A DNA stretch of 41,131 nucleotides from Octopus sinensis (GCF_006345805.1 NW_021835265.1:1-41131), one strand, 5' to 3'. Counted from the stretch's first letter, positions 10,266 through 22,490 are shown. Notes: a model not told the origin generated them from the letters alone. A program made the numbers and translations.

Positions 10266-11990
10266 TTGGGTCGAGTCATAAATAATTTCCCTTTTTTGGA
10301 AGTAAATAGTACGATTCGTTTCGAACCTCAGGTGTTTAAGATTGAAATGGAAGCTACCATTTTTAAAAGAGCCTCATATTTAAGCAATGAAATCGTGCAC
10401 ATCATAGTTTAATATTAAATTTCACTCCCCTAAATCGGATGAACTGAAGGTGCATATTCGACATGTGATACTGCGGGGAGTTTAAGAATGGTAAAAAAAT
10501 GCAACAGAAACAGCTAAGAAAATATGCAGTGTTTATGGTCAAGGTGTCATTACTGAATGACAGGTGCGAAATTGGTTTTCTAAGTTCCGTTCCGGTGTTT
10601 TGTCGTTAAGAGACAACTCAGACCATGGCCCTCATCAGACTTCGATCAAGAAACTTCAAGATGATTAATGGAATTGAATCCACGTAAAAATACACGGGAA
10701 TTAGAAATTGACTTCAACACATCCCAATTCACGATCTGTCGCCATTTGGAAAAGACACTCACGCTTACACCGTTAAGGAAATTATATTAAATACGGTCAT
10801 GAACATATAAATTGGTCTTATTAGAGTCGAACAGACAAAGGGTATCTGCCGCCCCGCTGTGTGGCTGGTTTACAGTCGGTTGCAGATGACTGAGCCGACA
10901 TATTTAGTAGCAGTTTGTCATACGCACACACGCGTATTCAGTGACACTTATATCAAAACTGTGTTTGACATCAGGTTGCCTAAACAGTGAAAGTGTCTTA
11001 ATTGGCATACTACTAAGCGTATACTCAAAATCCAAATAATTACGTGTGTGTGTGTGTGAGAGAGAGAGAGAGAAAGAGAGAAAGAGAGAGTACGTGCGCT
11101 CATGTGTGCACTGTGAATAAAATCCATGGGTCATTTGAAAAGTATCGCTTAAAAAATTTACTTGGATTAATTTAGAATTACTGTGGGCCAATATAAATTG
11201 ATGTAACAGCATTGAATTACTGTTTGTCATTAAACTCTCGAGCTTCGAGTAGAGCATTCTTGTGGAAGTTTTGGGTATAGCATCCCCATACTCTTATTGA
11301 GAAGAATAAGGAAGATCGTATGTCCATAGGGTCAAGTCTTTTTTTTTTAAGGTAGATGATCAAAAATGGGTCTCTTATGACAATGTTCAACGCAAAAGGC
11401 AATGGATTGACAAGGATAAATTTCCACAACTACGTCAAAGGCTGAGCGTCATTGAAGGAAGGTTATATTGTGTGAATGGTGGGGTCACCGTGGTATTTAT
11501 TATTCATTTTGAATTTTTAAACCGCAATCAAACACTAAATGCTAACTTATAGTCTCAACTACTGAAATGTGTGAATGAAAATCTTTTCTGAAAATGCTCT
11601 GGATTTGTCAATAGGAGAAATGCTGTGCTTCGCTACGATAACACAAGACCACAAATCAACAAGAATCACTCAAGATAAAATGTTGGGTTTGATCTGGTCT
11701 GGTCTGGTCTGTTCTACCCCTTCAACTGATTTCCATCTTTTTCGCCCTCGACAAGATGCTCTGATTGGGAAAAAAATTCCTAAAGAAGATCAGGCGAAAA
11801 TGCATGTGGAAAAACGTCTTCAAGTCGAAGCCTGGTGAAGTTTACTCGAGAGTAATCAAAAACCTACATGATAAATGGTAAAAAGTCATTCGAAATAATG
11901 GCAAATATAATGATAATTGAAAATAATTATTTGTAAAATAATTTTATAAGGTATTTAACAAAATCGGAAATTATTTATGACTCAACCCAA
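10266..11990 (+). mobile_element. Decayed mariner (Tc1/mariner) transposon with both TIRs and an internal insertion
   Basis: 25-bp TIRs TTGGGT(C/T)GAGTCATAAATAATTTCC at 10266-10290 and 11966-11990 (24/25), each flanked by TA. Broken transposase segments HIRHVIL..FKNGK.ATETAKKICSVYGQG, V*HPHTLIEKNK (WVPHEL-like), YDNTRP, STDFHLFR, KNLHDKW*KVIRNNG. Confidence 0.9.
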
Positions 11991-11992
11991 TA

Positions 11993-12014
11993 TGTATGTA
12001 TGCATGTATGTATG

Positions 12015-12045
<31 letters not shown>

Positions 12046-12128
12046 TATGTATGTATGTATGTATGTATATGTATGTGTATATATATATAATATATATATA
12101 TATAATATATAATATATAGATATATATA

Positions 12129-12185
<57 letters not shown>

Positions 12186-12196
12186 ATATAATATAA

Positions 12197-12290
<94 letters not shown>
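11993..12290. repeat. Compound microsatellite (TATG)n(TA)n
   Basis: Direct reading; abuts the right TIR of the mariner. Confidence 0.98.
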
Positions 12291-12293
<3 letters not shown>

Positions 12294-12401
12294 TGAGAAA
12301 ATTAATCCAAACATGAAAACACAAAGAGAAAACACAACAACGCGAAAACGTGGAACAAATATATATATTATTGGATGCTCAGGAAGGAAGGAAGAAGGAG
12401 G

Positions 12402-12436
12402 GTTTTACGTTTCGAGCGGAGCTCTTCGTCAGAAAC
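12402..12436 (-). ncRNA. Minimal hammerhead ribozyme motif with canonical core, in a solo pLTR-like repeat (~12305-12493)
   Basis: Minus strand reads GTTT-CTGACGA-A-GAGC(TCC)GCTC-GAA-ACGT-A-AAAC. Confidence 0.7.
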
Positions 12437-12492
12437 ATAGGATCCAGAGAAGGGGAGACGGGGGAAAAAAATCCCCAACGGTACACACGCGG

Positions 12493-12546
<54 letters not shown>

Positions 12547-12690
12547 AATTTAGGGTATCTTAGAGATACCACCATGCTGAAATAGTAGTCAAAACCCTGA
12601 CCCTAAAACCACCTTAAATGTTCATATCGCGCCAGGAGAGAAGACAGAGAGACAAAATAAACTAACAAAAAAAAAAAGATTTTACTGGAT

Positions 12691-12751
12691 TATTCAAGAT
12701 CCTGGATTTCTGGCTTTGCTTCAGAGAAGCTCTGCCTTCTTCAGTTGAATA
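12691..12751 (-). ncRNA. Hammerhead ribozyme motif, third architecture
   Basis: Minus strand reads TATTCAA-CTGAAGA-A-GGC.aga.GCTTC(TCT)GAAGC.aaa.GCC-A-GAA-ATCC(A)GGAT-C-TTGAATA: 7-bp stem I, ATC triplet, and an extra A before GAAA. Confidence 0.65.
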
Positions 12752-13284
12752 TACCAGATAAGCACATAAATACGGATATATATATATATATATACATGCA
12801 GAACATACGTTAAACTTACATATACGAACGCTCATACATACATATATATGCACGTATGTACTCAGAACGTAACGGCAGACGAAATACCGCTAAGCATTTC
12901 GCCCAGCGAACATCTCCAAGCGCGATAGGGTCAAAATAAACACTGCAGTGAATATAATGACGAATTAAATAAATTTATAAATAAGGATAATATCGATATG
13001 TAAATATCGATCTTATCAAGTGGATCTCCAAATGTAATCAAATACCTGTATTTTGGGAGAACCACGTTGTATTGAAACAAGTTTAGTGATTAAATATAAC
13101 TGTCAACCGTACGCCTTCTTGTTGACTTCAATTTCTTCAATCAGATATATATATATATATATCCCCGTGATCACCGTGACCGACCAGGCCATCAGATGTT
13201 GTTACACATCGCTGGTCACAATGCGCTTCGCATTGTTTTAGCCTTCAAATGACGCCACCCCGCTGGCTAAGCGAGCAGGCCAAT

Positions 13285-13343
13285 ATATATATATATATAT
13301 ACACACATTCATACATACATTCATAGCTACATACACACACAAA

Positions 13344-13409
<66 letters not shown>

Positions 13410-13462
13410 TACATACATACATACATACATACATACATACATACATACATACATACATACAT
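13285..13462. repeat. Compound microsatellite (TA)n(CA)n(CATA)n
   Basis: Direct reading. Confidence 0.97.
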
Positions 13463-13906
13463 AGTTCCATAATTTCCGAAGAGTCATACGTGAAATGAAG
13501 TATATTTTGTTGGTCTAACGATTATGAATTAAATATTTCATATTTTCACAGACACCCACGTTGGATAATTTATAAGATTTCAAAGCATTGGCTATTTAAT
13601 TTTATTTCATTTTATCACTTCTTTGTCATCAGGTTTTTATTTAGGCAATATGTATCTAATAAATAAGAGTTAAATATCACCTGCACAATTCATTGAAATA
13701 GCTTTAATTCTGTAGGCAACTGAAGCAATGATGTTAATATCAATAAAACTCAAATGAAAAATTTACCTACTCGTTGAGTATATTTAACAGCTGCGTTATT
13801 GTAACCATTCAAAGGTAGCATAATAATGTTATATTTCGGGACGGTCATTTTTTTCTTTTTGCCAAATAAATACACGCACTGTATATTCGTTCTTCACTTC
13901 AGATTT

Positions 13907-14260
13907 ATTATTACCTCCACCTTAGCGAAGGCGGAGGTAATGTTTTCAATCGTGTTTGTTTCTTTGTTTGTTCGTGGACAAGATATCTCAGGTACCACTG
14001 AATGGATTCGGATGAAACTTTCAGGGATATTTGGCCTAGCGGCTGGCACGAACTCATAAGATTTTGGGATCGATCAGGTACCGAACAAGGATTCTGGATT
14101 ATTTTTCTTCATTTTTTTTTTTTACTTAATTTATGAGAGCGGTTGGGTTAATTTTTAATATTCCCGTTTCTGAGAGCAGTCGAGTTTATTTCAGATATTC
14201 TCATTTTTAAAATCACCACTGGCTAATCGTTGGGAGATGTTGCCTAGGCGGAGGTTTGCA
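13907..14260 (+). mobile_element. Helentron-associated non-autonomous element (DINE-1/HINE-like), 3' end lost
   Basis: TTATT start; subterminal repeat ACCTCCACCTT with nearby partner AAGGCGGAGGT (13928-13938) and distal CCTAGGCGGAGGT (14243-14255); (TTTG)-like short repeat; GGATTCGGATGAAACTTT core. Confidence 0.7.
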
Positions 14261-14868
14261 TTTCGCCCGGCGTGCTAACGTTTCTGCCAGCTCGCCGCCT
14301 TTAAATATATAAACACCATAACCTATCTGATACTAGTTGTTTGTATGCCTGTCTGTACCTTTATTCTACTATAGATGAAAAGAATATAAAGGCAACAGTA
14401 AATAATTTCTGTATGTCTAGTTTGATATTTTTCTGATGTATAGCGTTTGGGAACGGCTTCTAAAGTGAGTCAGATGTTTATTTTTTTATATAGCAATGAA
14501 GCTGTTAGTCATGACTGGTTATATCAAGGGATTAAACTCGAAAGAACGAGGAAATTCCCTTCAAATATTTTCACTATACTAAAACTAGCAATCAAATTTC
14601 TTTCAAATCGCAATCTTCTATCTTTAAAAGGTAAGCCATATTGGATAACGTAATTTAAGATACATGATGTCAGAAAACTATGCTGATATATTTTATTATT
14701 ATTTTTGTAATTTATAAATATTTATTTCATTATAAATGCAAAACAACACGGAGGAATCGACGTAAGCTTAAATAATAAACCGCGATAAGTGAACCGCGAT
14801 ATGGCGCGGGATTACTGCACGCTGTTATTCCCCAGGTTAAGTCCGTATTGTTGACATTAGATAGTAGA

Positions 14869-15102
14869 TAAGGCGATGAGCTGGCAGAACCGTGAGCACG
14901 CCAGGCGAAATACTTAGCGGTATTTCGTCTGCCGCTACGTTCTGAGTTCAAATTCCGCCGAGGTTGACTTTGCCTTTCATCCTCTCGAGGTCGATAAATT
15001 AAGTACCAGTTACGTACTGGAGTCGATATAATCGACTTAATCCTTTTGTCTGTCCTTGTTTGTCCCCTCTGTGTTTAGCCCCTTGTGGGTAATAAAGAAA
15101 TA
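14869..15102 (+). mobile_element. SINE family B (tRNA-like head, Deu/Nin-like central domain), monomer
   Basis: TAAGGCGATGAGCTGGCAGAA..GAGTTCAAATTCC (B box)..GAGGTTGACTTTGCCTTTCATCCTCTCGAGGTCGATAAATTAAGTACCAG. The last motif resembles the Nin/Deu domain as I recall it. Confidence 0.85.
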
Positions 15103-15289
15103 AGAAAACTATGCATGTATGCTTATGGCTGAACACATTTCATCATGATTCTGTTGGATCAGGGTAGCAACAGTGAATTACATATCATCATCATTATCAA
15201 CAACAACAACAACAATACTTCGACATTACTGTCTCAAGTCTGAGGGCTCATCAGGCCGGTTACCTACTTTCCATGGTGTATAAGTAAGT

Positions 15290-15482
15290 GAGATCGCAAC
15301 ATTTTCTCTGAACGGGATTCTAGGCCCGTGGCCAGGTTACTCATTTTTACCCGTTGAGTGGACTGGGAGCGACATGAAATGAAGTGGTTTATTCAAGAAC
15401 ACAACGCACCGCTAGGACCGAGAATCGTGAGTTGAAACCGCGATCTCGCAATCGTAGGTGCAATAACCTAAACACTAGGCCA
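15290..15482 (-). mobile_element. SINE family C, diverged
   Basis: TTACTCATTTTT..TGAGTGGACTGGGAGC.ACATGAAAT..TCAAGAACACAACGCAC..AACACTAGGCCA. Confidence 0.7.
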
Positions 15483-15485
15483 GTG

Positions 15486-15985
<500 letters not shown>

Positions 15986-16332
15986 AGTTAAATTAATGTA
16001 TAGGATCTAATATCTGTTTTGTAAAGATTATTTTCTTCCGTTCGAGGTATTGCTGTCAATGCGGTCCAGTCTAATCGTCGTTTGCTTTTCTGAGCAGGTT
16101 AGCTATTTTAGTTGATCTGACGTCCTGGAAGACGGTACCGTTTTTGCTTTCGTCTTCAAGAGCAGATCTGCGTTGCTTCAGGAGACCTATGGTCAAAGAC
16201 GTTCCAACCGCAAACACTTCAATTTTTCTTTGTTTTGTTTTTCAGCAATTGTGTATATAGAACAACATTAGCCAATAGAATCTTCCTTTGTAAGACGGAA
16301 AAGTGTGAATTAAAAATAATTCATATTATCTA

Positions 16333-16732
16333 ACTAGTAGTATAGCCCGGCTTTACTCGGATTTGTTTTCTTTTCGACCCTTTAGAATTAGAATTTTTGA
16401 AAAGTAAAAATTTTGCATTATGTAGCTTGTTATTCTCTTTAAGTAAACGTTTTTCTGGTTGAAATACACCGAAATATGGCGACACAGCAGTCAAAAAATC
16501 GTAAAAAATAGGGATTTTCACAGAAAAAAAGCACCTTTTTGATGTAAATAACTTTTGGTCTTAACATGGTCCGATTTGAATTTTTTCTTCTACGGAATAA
16601 AGAGCAAGCCTTCTTCTATCATATTCTCAATTTTGGTCAACTTGCGCCGCAGGGTCTCGGAGGATATTGTGTTAGTTGAATGCTACCAAACCTGCCACAC
16701 ACACAGACAACTTCAGCTTTATATATAAAGAC
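16333..16732 (+). mobile_element. Helitron-like non-autonomous element (ACTAG start, palindromic 3' end)
   Basis: 5' ACTAGTAGTATAGCCCGGCTTTACTCGG; 3' CACACACAGACAACTTCAG-CTTTATATATAAAG palindrome. Same terminal design as 17072-17468 but a different interior. Confidence 0.55.
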
Positions 16733-17071
16733 ATCTTCCTATATAAAACGCTACTGTAAATTAATGAGGAGTAATGCTTTTTCTTGTAGGACGAACGACT
16801 ACGTAGCGGATAATTATGTTGTCATTTAGTATTAAAGTATTTGTCTCCATGTTATCTTAGTGTGCCAGCGTGAGCAAAATTCGTATATGTGTGAGTGCCA
16901 ACAATAACATCAGAGAAAGATAATACGAAAATACGAAAATTCGACATCATTATGAAATTTTTAAAAATATTTTCGATTAAATTCAATTGTCCTCAGTATA
17001 TATTTAATTAGTGATTTGTAGTTGCTAGTAATTTGTCCCAATGAGGCCAGTTGGAGTTTATATATATATAT

Positions 17072-17468
17072 ACTAGCAGTATCGCCCGGCGTTGCTCGGG
17101 TTTGTAAGGGAAATAACTATATAAGCATTTTTAGAGATGTAAAGTATAATAGCCATCTCAATATGGCTAACCACAAAGGGGGGTGTTACTGTAGCTTTTT
17201 ACGTTCTGAGATTTAATAATAAATTTTTAGAGAGTTACTTCCCTTATATATGCCAAAAATGCATTAAAAATGGGAAAAATTGATAGTAATTTTTTTTTTA
17301 AATCGTAGACTCATCGTAGACACGCGCTAATACCCAGAAGGGCTCGATATGAATCACGACTATAAGATACCCGCTTTTGGTTAAACTGCACCGCAAAATG
17401 TGGGAGTAGTTAGGAATCTAAATCGTAGGAGACAGACAGCACACAACCTCTCTTTTATATATAAAGAT
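17072..17468 (+). mobile_element. Helitron-like non-autonomous element
   Basis: 5' ACTAGCAGTATCGCCCGGCGTTGCTCGGG (stem-loop); 3' AGACAGACAG..CTTTTATATATAAAGAT. Confidence 0.55.
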
Positions 17469-17477
17469 ATAGTTACT

Positions 17478-17654
17478 CCAAACATGAACAAAGAGAAAAC
17501 ACATCAACGCGAGGGCGTGGAAGAAGTATAGTGTTATTGGACGCTCAGGAAAGAAAAGAAAGAAGGAGGATTTAACGTCAGAAATATAGAAAAAAGGAAA
17601 AGTCCAAGGAAGGGAAGACGGAGAAAGAAAATCGCCAACGATACACACGCGGTC
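17478..17654 (-). mobile_element. Solo pLTR-like repeat homologous to 12305-12493, with the ribozyme core deleted
   Basis: Colinear with 12305-12493 (CCAAACATGAA..AAAGAGAAAACACA..CAACGCG..TTATTGGA.GCTCAGGAA..CCAACG.TACACACGCGGTC) but reads ACGTCAGAAA where the other copy reads ACGTTTCGAGCGGAGCTCTTCGTCAGAAA. Confidence 0.75.
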
Positions 17655-17689
17655 CCAAAATCATAAGACTTTTTATTCAATCCAAAATT

Positions 17690-17914
17690 AATATTGGTTT
17701 CAAATTTTGGCACAAAGCCAGCAATTTCAGGAGGTGGAAGACGATTACATCCCCCCACCAGTTTTCAAATAGCACTTATTTTATCATCGACACCGAATGG
17801 ATGAAAGAAGAAAGTTGACCTCGGCGGAACTTGAACACAGAAACGTAAAGACAAACGAATCGCCGCTAAGCATTTTGTCCGACGTGCTAACGATTGTGCC
17901 AACTCGCCGCCTTA
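17690..17914 (-). mobile_element. SINE family B, diverged
   Basis: GGATGAAAG..AAGTTGACCTCGGCGGAACTTGAAC..GCTAAGCATTT..CTCGCCGCCTTA. Confidence 0.75.
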
Positions 17915-19033
17915 CAGTCCAAAACAAATATTGCACAATATTAATGATTCCAATTAGAATATATCTTCAAGAACACGTAATAGTTATTGTTTATTTTGAA
18001 TGCTTCTATCGGATGATATATACTTTCCGTGTCCACCTTTCAGAATATTCACAATCGGTTCCTGTTATCATATCTAACGTGTCTCATACGCTTCAATACC
18101 GTTTTTCATTTTCATACCGACGTTCCTATTAACCGCATAAATCTCTCTAATCTACACGAACCTGAAAAGATCCTAAATGAATACAGTTCTCTTCCACAAT
18201 GACTAACGGATGAAGTTCCCATCTTGCCGATTAAGTCTATAATTAGCCAACACATAGATTGACATTTTCCCCCGCCCGAAATGAAAAATGCCAGTGAAAT
18301 TGTAATACGAGTTAAATATAATTATCAAAGCTAGTGATAAACGTTAATACCTTTATTAATGCTTGTATAATCTATCTTCTTGGCATGTGATTAATGTGTA
18401 TTAGATAACAACTCCAAATTAATTTCGATATCAAAGATAACAGATTTCTGTTTGCAAATATAAACGTTCTAATGCACATTTTCCCCCTCAATATCGGTGA
18501 ACCGTCGAAATGAGAAAACATCAGGGTTGTAAAATACTGTGATTCTGTTTTCGGATATGTAAACAGAATTCTTCTCTGTAATTCCATTTAGCTTGACGTC
18601 TAGATCATTCTGTTTTTCTCTTATTTGTTTCAGGATATCAAAAAAAAACGTTGAACACAATGAGAAACGAAAACATAACAACAAAAACATAGAAACGAAC
18701 TTTTTTTCGAACTACGAAAAACAAAAACAAACAGAGAAACGAAACATGCAACATAAAAAATATTCCCCTTCTTCAGTTGTCCCTGTTTCATCTACTCGGC
18801 GTATTCAAAGACAAGGACAAGACGCGACTTCGTTGTAACAGTCCTTCCCGCAAAGCAAATTAAATAAAATTTGGGATGCTTTGCGGAGGGTGAAAGTGGT
18901 AACAAGAATAGGACAGTGAGAACAAAACAGTAAAAACAGTAAAAGATAGAACAATGAGAACAAAACAACAAAAACAAACAATGAGGGCTGTTAAGCAAAG
19001 ACGATGGAAAAATTATTCTGAACGCTATACATA

Positions 19034-19066
<33 letters not shown>

Positions 19067-20653
19067 CGGCAGAGTTCCACACTGCTTCTGTCTACTAAAT
19101 TCTTTCATAAGGAACTGGTCTCTCTAGGGCTGGTGGGGGAGGCTATCGTTAGCTCTGTGAGACTGAATCCGAATGTACGTGGTGGCAAAACAATCTTTTC
19201 CCCCACACGACCATGCTTGCACCTATATTCTCAACGGCACACTCTTTCCTGCGTCTACACACACACACATATCCATGTGCGTATGAGAGTCTGTATGTGT
19301 GTGCGTGTTCTAATACTACAGGTCAATTTGACAAGCAACCTACAAAAGAATTCAAATAATTGTTAGAAGTTGTACAATACTTTGATAAAAATAACGTTTT
19401 CTTACTTAATTATAACTCAGATTTACTGGAGATGGTGTAACAAAATGATGGAGTAGCATCCATTCGTTTTTAGAAGCCATTGTCGTTACCTGTGCTATGT
19501 TATTAAATGAGATCTTGAACGATTTATTCAGAGATAATGAGAGCGCTTTTCTGGAAAAATATCTTTTTTTTGCATTTTTATTTCCTTCTTTTCAAACCGG
19601 TTATTAGAAAATTGAAACCTGGATTTAGAATTCAGTTCCAAGGACGTTCGGTTGTAGAAGACAGTCTTGAAAATGAGATAACATACTTAATAACATTAAG
19701 AATGAGAATTGTTGAGTAGCTGACACTGGAAATCTGGAATGGCAGGATTAATATTCGTCAAGGATATTTGCTTCGAGATAGGATTGAAACTACAATACGA
19801 AGCCCTCCACTGATTAAGTTTTCATGAAGAACTGAAGGATATTAGCTTTGAGGAAATTTTCAGAAATAATTAAAGGAAAAATAACAAAATGTCAAGTGTT
19901 TTGGCTTTTCTGAGTGTGATTACTATGACGATTGGATGGTTGTAAACCTCATTGTTTTGTAGTTTAAGGTTGGGCCACTACGAAATGTTCTCTTGCCTCC
20001 AGCACAATACTAGAGTTTTCTTTTATCCTTTTGTAAATAGAAAAGTTTTGCTTTTCTTATTTTACTTTTTTAATTTTTTCTCTGTGTGCGTGTGCGTGTG
20101 TGTGTTTTGAAGACACAGAGTAGATGGAAAACGCGCAATTTTATTTTTTCATTGAGTTTAAATATTTCATCACAAACAATATCCTCGTTCATCGATCGCT
20201 TGTGGTGGGGGCGAACAATGTGTGAAAAATGATAGTGAACAAAGCCAAATGATCTCCAGTAATTTGCATTAAGTCTCTCCGTTCTAGGTTCAATTCTCAA
20301 TGGGTTCAACTAGATATCTTTCCTTCCACCCAGAATGAATAAATGTCAGTATTTATAAAATGTTCTATCTCTTATTAGTAATCCTCTCCAGTCAAACTGC
20401 TGCACCTTGGAATTCTCTTCTATCTCATTGTTTTCCTCCTTCATTTGGCCTGAACTCTTTCAAGTCAAAAGTAAATTCATTTCTTTTGTCTTAATTTCTT
20501 TTTCTTCATTGGCCCTCACTTTGTGGCTCCTCACTTTGTTTGGGACTTCCTTAATAAAAGGAAAACGACGTTTAGAATTAGGGGACAGCTTTGAATACAA
20601 ACTTTACTATCGATTTCAAATTTGGACACAAGGCTAGCAGTTTGAAGCGATGG

Positions 20654-21187
20654 GTTAAGTCGATTACATTGACCTCAGTGCGTAATTGGTACTTAATTTA
20701 TCGACCCCGAAAGGATGAAAGGCAAAGTCGACCTCGGTGGAACTTGAACTCAGAACGTAAAAACGGACGAAATACCTATTTCTTTACTACCCACAAGGGG
20801 CTAAACACAGAGAGGATAAACAAGGACAGACAAACGGATTAAGTCGATTATATCGACCCCCAGTGCGTAACTGGTACTTATTTAATCGACCCCGAAAGGA
20901 TGAAAAGCAAAGTCGACCTCGGCGGAATTTGAACTCAGAACGTAAAGACGGACGAAATACCTATTTCTTTACTACCCACAATGGGCTAAACACAGAGAGG
21001 ACAAACAAGGACAGACAAACGGATTAAGTCGATTATATCGACCCCAGTGCGTAACTGGTACTTTTTTAATCAACCCCGAAAGGATGAAAGGCAAAGTCGA
21101 CCTCGGCGGAATTTGAACTCAGAACGTAACGGCAGAGGAAATACCGCTAAGCATTTCGCCCGGCGTGCTAACGTTTCTGCCAGCTCA
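20654..21187 (-). mobile_element. SINE family B, tandem multimer (one head, ~2.9 units of ~185 bp)
   Basis: (A/G)TTAAGTCGATTA recurs at 20654, 20838 and 21023; a single 5' head lies at ~21130-21187. Confidence 0.9.
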
Positions 21188-22081
21188 GTGCCTTCTATAA
21201 TACATCTAATATCACAAAGCAATAGAATTGTCAAATAGCTAACACTAGAAACTTGGAAATATACCATTAAAGTCTGTAGGGTATAAACGTCAAGGAAACA
21301 GTTAACGTCTGTTCCAAGGAAACCATTATTATTCTTATACTGAGTTAATGGATGAGATAAGTTACCTACTCCATAGTTCACTTTTTGTTGGATTTCTCTA
21401 GCTGTACGGTTACAAATCTCACACGACATGATAACAACGTTTACCCGTTCAGTCCTCTTCTACTTCATTTTACGGCAACCAGTCACTGGATTTCGATTAA
21501 ATCTACATCTGCCGGACGAGACACCTTCACCTTTGGTAATTGTCTCATTTATTTGAACTTTATTTTGCATAATTTCGTTAATGAGTTAGGTTTGTGAAGG
21601 GTTGCCTTCCCATGGGCGTCTTTTTCTTTTTCGTGATATTACTAGGAAGATCACCAATAACAATTAAAGATACCTTCCTGGAGATGAGTGAAGAGGGTAA
21701 GATATGATTTAAAGTGGAAAATAAAGAGACTGAGGGTATTGAACAAGGTGAATGCTACATAGTTGTTGCTGTCTTCTTCTTCTTCTTTCAATTAGGACTC
21801 ACGCCATTAGCCACAAGGAATAATCTCCAATTCGAGTCTACGCTAAGCTACTAACAATGCGCGTGCAACTTGAAGATCCACCCACCATACGCGATAGACT
21901 GGCGGTTGCACGGGTGCGAAAGCTACGCTGTTATCCTCATTCCGTAAACAGTGGCTTTTAACGGGTGGAAAGCTGAACCATCCTGGGGTACAGAGGATTC
22001 GCAATCTAGACTAGGGTCTGAAAGTTTACCACACCATAGTGGGTTACACGTTGGTTCCTCTGCTTTGTGGTAGAAGTGGGA

Positions 22082-22262
22082 AGAAAGAGTGAGAGAAAGT
22101 TGTGGTGAAAGAGTACAGCGGGGTTCACCACCACCCGCCGGAGAACGTGGAGCTCAGTGGTTTTTGCTCAATAAACACTCACAATACCCAGTTTGGGATT
22201 CGAAACCGCGTTCTTACGACCGCGAGTCCGCTGCCCTAACCACTGGGCCATTGCGACTCCAC
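22082..22262 (-). mobile_element. SINE family D, 5' half
   Basis: Colinear with 29345-29533. Confidence 0.75.
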
Positions 22263-22271
22263 TAGTTGTTG

Positions 22272-22490
22272 CTGTCAGATGTTTGTGTAAATACCAAGCA
22301 CACAAAATGGAATAAGACGCTTGAGGTGAATGTGAAGAGAATGAGTCTACAGAAAATTGTGTTGCGTGAGACTGCACGAATCCTCAGCAGAGTTGTCGAA
22401 ACCTAAATAGAATTACCTTAGTTCACTGGTTGAGAACAGATGGCACTTTGTAATATTCTCCAGCAATGTTGCTGCGTTAAACAAGATAAT
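22272..22490 (+). mobile_element. Dong/R4-type LINE extreme 3' end
   Basis: SLQKIVLRETARILSRVVET*, then a 3' UTR (TTACCTTAGTTCACTGG..GAACAG.TG.CAC..TCTCCAGC) matching 38742-38800, then TAA-like repeats. Confidence 0.75.

Noticed and set aside
12861-12925. SINE B fragment apparently joined to AACATCTCC, resembling the HINE 3' region
   Set aside because: The match is only ~9-10 nt and may be chance.
14785-14820. Pogo/Tigger-like terminal sequence (CCGCGATAAGTGAACCGCGATATGGCGCGGGATTACTG)
   Set aside because: No partner end found in the window; too short to annotate confidently.
18370-18690. Short minus-strand ORFs that might be host exons
   Set aside because: No recognisable domain, no convincing paired splice sites, and the frames run into low-complexity sequence.
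20654-21187. CRISPR-like repeat array
   Set aside because: The units are contiguous ~185-bp SINE segments with no unique spacers, in a eukaryotic context.
21770-22060. Possible HDV-like ribozyme on the minus strand (CGCCA...GGCTAA-TGGCG, CACCCG/TGGGTG)
   Set aside because: P2-like and P1-like pairings exist, but I could not fit P3/L3/P1.1 without conflicts; it would need the family consensus.
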